In this document: positions 59,623 through 64,000 of the stretch, piece by piece
How the letters are laid out: each line of letters starts with the position of its first letter
How positions within the stretch are numbered: position 1 is the first letter of the stretch
Program-made: the position numbers and the translations under genes
The notes under the pieces: generated by a model
Databases searched by the model: none
Seen by the model: the letters and a program-made list of their open reading frames with translations, nothing else
What the model was told of the DNA's origin: nothing
DNA from: Leptospira sp.
GTDB taxonomy: Bacteria; Spirochaetota; Leptospiria; Leptospirales; Leptospiraceae
Length of the DNA stretch: 64,000 nt
Assembly: GCA_034439575.1 (NCBI GenBank)
Contig: JAWXAQ010000036.1
Coordinates: forward strand, 64,001 to 128,000
Direction of reading: 5' to 3'

Positions 59623-60956
59623 TTTTTTATTTTTAAGTATTTTAAGATCTCGTCATATAACCCGGATTCATTCGCAAATAAAGCATAGTTCTTTGCAGTT
59701 TGAAACCAATCCATAGTACTCGGATGGTGCTTTTTTATTGCATTCAAAAGATCTTTGGTTTCGATAGGAGTAGGTATTCCATCTGCAAAGGATTTTTCTA
59801 ATTTTTCTTCGATGGCTATATCTATCAAAGCATCGATATCAGCACCGGAATAATTTTCCGTTTTCTTTGCAAGTGCGGAAAAATCAATATTGGAAATAGG
59901 TTTTCCATTGAGTTTTAGTTTAAAAATAGATTCTCTGGATGTTTCATCAGGTGGTGACACGAAAATAATTCGATCAAAACGACCGGGCCTTCTGAAAGCG
60001 GCATCTAAATTCCATGGTGCGTTTGTCGCGCCTATCACTAAAATCCCTTCATTCGAACCCTCTATTCCATCTAACTCTTGTAAAAATTGATTGATCAAAT
60101 GCCTGGAGTTAGATTGTTTCATATCACTTCGGCTGGCACCAAGAGCATCAATTTCATCGATAAAGAGTACGCATGGAGTGTTTGACCTAGCAAGTTCAAA
60201 GACAGAATTCAAATTCTTTTCGCTGTTTCCTATCCACATATCCAATATTTGGTTTAAGCTGATGTTTATGAATTTAGCATTCACTTGCCCTGCGGTAGCT
60301 TTAGCGATAAAGGTCTTTCCGCAACCAGGCGGACCGTATAACAAGATACCGCCGCCAATTTTTTTTCCATAAGCTTGGTATAATTCTGGGTGTAATAGGG
60401 GTTTGATGATCTTTAGATCTATTTCTTTTTTTACCCCTTCCATGCCACCGATATCAGAAAAATTGATTTTTGGTTTTTCTATGAATCTAGGATCAAAGTC
60501 TTCTTCAATACTATCTTCCAAAGAATCCTCATCTAACTCAGTAGATTCGGAAAAAGGAACCTTTGCTTTTAATTGAATTTCTAATTCTTCATCAACATAA
60601 TTTGGATCTATGGTTTGAGCTTTTCTATAAAATTCGATGGCTTTTGAGATTTGGTTTTCATGGTACAATGCCTTGGCATACAATCCGAGGAGCTTCACAT
60701 TTGTTTTATCTTTGTGAATCTCGTCTTCCAGAATCACACAACAGGCAGAATAATTTGATTTATGAAAGTAAGCGGTAGCTAAGCCAAGTTTCACCTTGGA
60801 ATCATTTGTATATTTAAGTAAAACTAAATATTCAGATTCTGCTTCAGAAAAACGACCTAACTCAATCAAGTTTTCTGCCAATAATAATCTTAAAGGTACG
60901 TTATCTGGTGATAATTTTAATGCTTCTTTTAAGCTAACAATCGTTTCCGAATTCAT
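59619..60956 (-). CDS. TPR-containing classic-clade AAA+ ATPase
   Basis: N-terminal TPRs, acidic linker, GPPGCGKT, MWIG pore loop, FIDEID, ATNAPWNLDAAFRRPGRFDR. Confidence 0.92.
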   Translation of the reverse strand: MNSETIVSLKEALKLSPDNVPLRLLLAENLIELGRFSEAESEYLVLLKYTNDSKVKLGLATAYFHKSNYSACCVILEDEIHKDKTNVKLLGLYAKALYHENQISKAIEFYRKAQTIDPNYVDEELEIQLKAKVPFSESTELDEDSLEDSIEEDFDPRFIEKPKINFSDIGGMEGVKKEIDLKIIKPLLHPELYQAYGKKIGGGILLYGPPGCGKTFIAKATAGQVNAKFINISLNQILDMWIGNSEKNLNSVFELARSNTPCVLFIDEIDALGASRSDMKQSNSRHLINQFLQELDGIEGSNEGILVIGATNAPWNLDAAFRRPGRFDRIIFVSPPDETSRESIFKLKLNGKPISNIDFSALAKKTENYSGADIDALIDIAIEEKLEKSFADGIPTPIETKDLLNAIKKHHPSTMDWFQTAKNYALFANESGLYDEILKYLKIKK

Positions 60957-61088
60957 TGAGACATTTTTTAACTCGGAATTGAAAAATCTAGCAGAATATT
61001 TTAATACGCCGTGGAAATCTTTACTTCCACCTTAAACCAAAAAAAATTTGTGGCTGAAGGATTTGAGCAAATCGCCGAAAATGAATAA

Positions 61089-61484
61089 ATGGATAACGAC
61101 AAAAAGATAGAATTTATACTTAGAGAATTGATCGATAAGAATGATACTTCTCAGATACCAAATGTTTTCTCAAAGGAATATATTGTTCATACTTCTAAAA
61201 AAGATTATCATGGGCACAAAATCATAGTTAAATGGATAAAAGACTTAAATAATTTTTTTTCTGATTTGAAAGTTGTCAAAATTCAATTTTTGGTTCAGAC
61301 GAATGAGTTTATTGTTTGGAAACGAACCATTAAGGGAAAAATTAAACCTTCCAAAAATAAAAATCTGAAACCAGGCAAATTGATAAAGTGGGAAGAAATG
61401 ATTGTGAGTAAATTCAAAGAAGGCCTAATTATGGAAGAGTGGAATAATTCGGAATTTCTTGGAAGTTTAATCTATAAAAAATAA
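61089..61484 (+). CDS. SnoaL-like/ester cyclase (NTF2 fold) protein
   Basis: FS..YIVH, FSDL.V, KFKEGLIMEEW pattern. Confidence 0.7.
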   Translation: MDNDKKIEFILRELIDKNDTSQIPNVFSKEYIVHTSKKDYHGHKIIVKWIKDLNNFFSDLKVVKIQFLVQTNEFIVWKRTIKGKIKPSKNKNLKPGKLIKWEEMIVSKFKEGLIMEEWNNSEFLGSLIYKK

Positions 61485-61504
61485 TTTCAGTGTATAATTT
61501 ATTC

Positions 61505-61864
61505 TTATCTTAAAATTTTTTCCAAAGCTTTCCCTTTTGCTAATTCATCCACAAGTTTGTCCAAATATCTGACTTGCTTGGTTATAGGATTTTTGATTTC
61601 TTCAATTCGATAACCGCATATCATTCCTTTGATGAGGTGTGCATTTTCATTTATTTTTGCTTTTTCAAAGAAAGATTGGAAATTCACTTTTTTATCGATG
61701 AGTTCTTTTATTTTTTTATCGTTATAAGAAGTTAGCCATTCAATCACTTGCAGAAGTTCTTTTTGAGTTCTGCCCTTTTTTTCTATTTTTGCAAGATAAA
61801 GGGGATAAACACTAGCAAAAGTCATTTTCGCCATTTTTTCGTTATGTTCTGATGTAGGTTCCAT
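61505..61864 (-). CDS. DUF2200-like protein
   Basis: MTFASVYP.Y..K.EKKGRT, ICGYRIEEI, RYLDKLVDELAKGK. Confidence 0.85.
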   Translation of the reverse strand: MEPTSEHNEKMAKMTFASVYPLYLAKIEKKGRTQKELLQVIEWLTSYNDKKIKELIDKKVNFQSFFEKAKINENAHLIKGMICGYRIEEIKNPITKQVRYLDKLVDELAKGKALEKILR

Positions 61865-61868
61865 AGTG

Positions 61869-62312
61869 TTAAAGTTCTTCTGCTAAGCCGATTAAAAGTC
61901 CTTCAGCTCCGCGAATATAACAAAGCCGATACATGTCTTCATATTGCACTACTTCGCCAACTAGAGTGGCACCATGTTTGGCGAGTCTGGAAACCAACTC
62001 ATCAATGTTTTCGACTGTGAACATAACGCGTAGATAACCGAGGGAGTTTACTGGAGCCGTACGGTGATCTGAAATAATTGGTGGATTGAGATACTTTGCA
62101 AGTTCAATTTTACTGTGGCCATCTGGAGTAACCATCATCGCAATCTCGACTTTCTGAGAGCTAAGTCCGGTTACGCGACCAGCCCATTCACCTTCAATTA
62201 TCGCTCTTCCTTGGAGATTCAAACCTATCTCTTCAAAAAATGAGATCACATCATCCAAAGAATTTACAACAATACTGACATTGTCCATTCTAAGTAATTT
62301 GTTTTTTGCCAT
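61869..62312 (-). CDS. VOC/glyoxalase family protein
   Basis: MDNVSIVV, IELAKY, GYLRVMF.V, RLCYIRG.EG..I.LAE; ATG at 62312 with GGAG RBS. Confidence 0.88.
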   Translation of the reverse strand: MAKNKLLRMDNVSIVVNSLDDVISFFEEIGLNLQGRAIIEGEWAGRVTGLSSQKVEIAMMVTPDGHSKIELAKYLNPPIISDHRTAPVNSLGYLRVMFTVENIDELVSRLAKHGATLVGEVVQYEDMYRLCYIRGAEGLLIGLAEEL

Positions 62313-62808
62313 AGATTTATCTCCTTTTGTATTCAAACTGATTCGCACATGATGATTCTATTTGGAAACTATAAATTCCTTCCAGACAAAACATTCTTCA
62401 CGGTATAGAATCTTAAAATTTTTAAAGGTATTTGATTTTAATATCTTGGTTGAATTCTTTTTTTAAAAATTCTGCGGCCAATCTTTGGTGGCAATAATGA
62501 GGTTTCTCTTCACTGCAAAGAAAACACGAATGTTCAAAGTTATATGAGTTTGTTTTTATTTGGTTAAATCGACCTTTTAGTAAGATTAAATATTCTTCTT
62601 CATAATTATATCAGTCGCCTTTTAAATCTACCTAACATATCTTGCGTCGGTGCATATAAAGTTAAATGATAGTAGTCAATATTTACTATTTATATACCTA
62701 CTAGTTTTTTGGTCTGAAATTTACTCATTGATTAATTTTGGAGAAAAACATTTTCATGAACGAGCCATCTCCCTTAGCTCGTTCAAATGTTTCATATATT
62801 TGATGGAG

Positions 62809-64000
62809 CTATGGCACCACTTCTGTCCAATTAGTAAAGTCGGTGGACTTAAAATACTTTTGAGTGGATGTTCCACTTGTAGTTGATCCATAAACAAAAA
62901 CAGTGTTGTTTAAGGAACCAATTTGCTGACTAGGTGATAATCCACTTGGAAGGGAAATGGTTCCTTGGCTGGACCATGTAGACCCGTTATCCGATGAGGA
63001 ATGCGCAGTATATGTAGTCGGGTTGGAACTAGAACTTGATCCGATTGCTTTTAATATACCTGAAAAATTGCCAATCCAATTGTAACTGCCCGTTGGCGCA
63101 CCCGATTGGGTTGCTGTTGTTTCCCCCGTGACATTGGCACCTGCCCAAGTGCTTGGATCGGTTGCCGTATAACGGATTGCACTACCAGAACTGTAAATCG
63201 TCCGACCACTAGAGTAGATAATACTTCCCTTGGTGCCTCCATTGGAAGTTACTGCAGAGGTAAATCCAGATCCGTTCCAGCGATAGTATATGTCCGCCAC
63301 TAAAATACCATTGAGAAGATCAATGACACCTCCAGATGAGGTGTTAGTTGCGACACCATTTGCACAAACCCACGAACTTCCGTTATTTCCTGTTCCACAA
63401 TATTTATGTGTGGTGCTCGAAGTCCCAAAGCTAAAAACAAAACCATTGCTAGATGCGGCAGAGAATAATGTGTTACTTGCTTGATAGTATGTAGATGATA
63501 GATTGCTTTCAGAAATTTCTACAAATGAAAGATCATTAACTGTCGCACCTGAAGCAAAATAAAATTTATGATCGGTGACTGAGCTCAGAGAGAAATTCTC
63601 ACCTCTGATACCAGATTGTTTCAGTGCTAATGCGTAAATCGTCGAACCTGATTTAGCAACAGAAACAATATTACAATCAGTATAGGTTGATCCATTGGAA
63701 TTCCCATTGACTGCTGTACAATTTGGCAGAGTAAAAGTCTTTTTTGTAAATGTATTTCCATCAGTGGATTCGTATAGAGAAAGAGAATTCCCAACAGCAA
63801 ATAACGATCCTCCCGAAGATTTGAAACCACGTGGTACAGTGCCACTACCACCACTGCTTGTAGTTGATAAAACACCAGGAAGGATATAGTAGATGAGTGC
63901 ATACGTTGGATTGGAAAGTGCCGAATATGTATCAATCACTTTTAGTTCATCATTTCTACATTGAAGTAATGTGAGTGAAAGAATGAGACTTAGAATTATT
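62809..64000 (-). CDS. Ser/Thr/Gly-rich Asp-box (BNR) beta-propeller lipoprotein; start lies beyond the window
   Basis: Frame stays open to the window edge (IILSLILSLTLLQC lipobox); STDGNTF, SSDNGSTW, STDFTNW repeats. Confidence 0.75.
   Translation of the reverse strand, partial: IILSLILSLTLLQCRNDELKVIDTYSALSNPTYALIYYILPGVLSTTSSGGSGTVPRGFKSSGGSLFAVGNSLSLYESTDGNTFTKKTFTLPNCTAVNGNSNGSTYTDCNIVSVAKSGSTIYALALKQSGIRGENFSLSSVTDHKFYFASGATVNDLSFVEISESNLSSTYYQASNTLFSAASSNGFVFSFGTSSTTHKYCGTGNNGSSWVCANGVATNTSSGGVIDLLNGILVADIYYRWNGSGFTSAVTSNGGTKGSIIYSSGRTIYSSGSAIRYTATDPSTWAGANVTGETTATQSGAPTGSYNWIGNFSGILKAIGSSSSSNPTTYTAHSSSDNGSTWSSQGTISLPSGLSPSQQIGSLNNTVFVYGSTTSGTSTQKYFKSTDFTNWTEVVP

Noticed and set aside
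1655-63935. Numerous 60-117 aa ORFs nested in or antisense to long genes
   Set aside because: They overlap well-supported CDSs and show no recognisable motifs.
1-64000. CRISPR arrays, tRNA/rRNA, transposases, integrases, prophage genes
   Set aside because: None recognised by eye; dedicated tools were not run, so small RNAs could have been missed.

Overview
A 64 kb chromosomal window from an AT-rich spirochaete, most likely a saprophytic Leptospira (inferred from the spirochaete-type lipoprotein signals, the long-insert RodA and the gene set; not checked against a database). Main blocks in order: (1) a CocE/NonD lipoprotein hydrolase with a divergent membrane AraC regulator, housekeeping genes (pirin, manA, DnaJ-domain, STAS, ribF) and an mreC-mreD-mrdA-rodA operon that lacks mreB and ends in a CheW-like gene; (2) a two-component pair; (3) a Dnr/NnrR-type Crp/Fnr regulator divergent from norCBQD, with a di-heme NorC; (4) an AT-rich nine-gene island (28.0-36.5 kb) combining a GtrA/GT2/GT-C polyprenol-linked glycosylation module with a GT-C/phosphoribulokinase fusion, HAD phosphatase, class II aldolase, two nucleotidyltransferases and a phosphodiesterase, which is the best candidate for an undescribed sugar-donor pathway; (5) assorted signalling and regulatory genes; (6) nnrS and a clade II (Sec/lipoprotein) nos cluster led by a fasciclin lipoprotein; (7) a PiT phosphate transporter with a Pho-box-like array, an orphan vapB, a TPR-AAA ATPase/TPR-membrane/scramblase operon, small genes and a partial Asp-box lipoprotein. 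Three perfect TTGAT-N4-ATCAA boxes link nor, nnrS and nos. I saw no rRNA, tRNA, CRISPR array or intact IS element. All product calls rest on motif recognition by eye.
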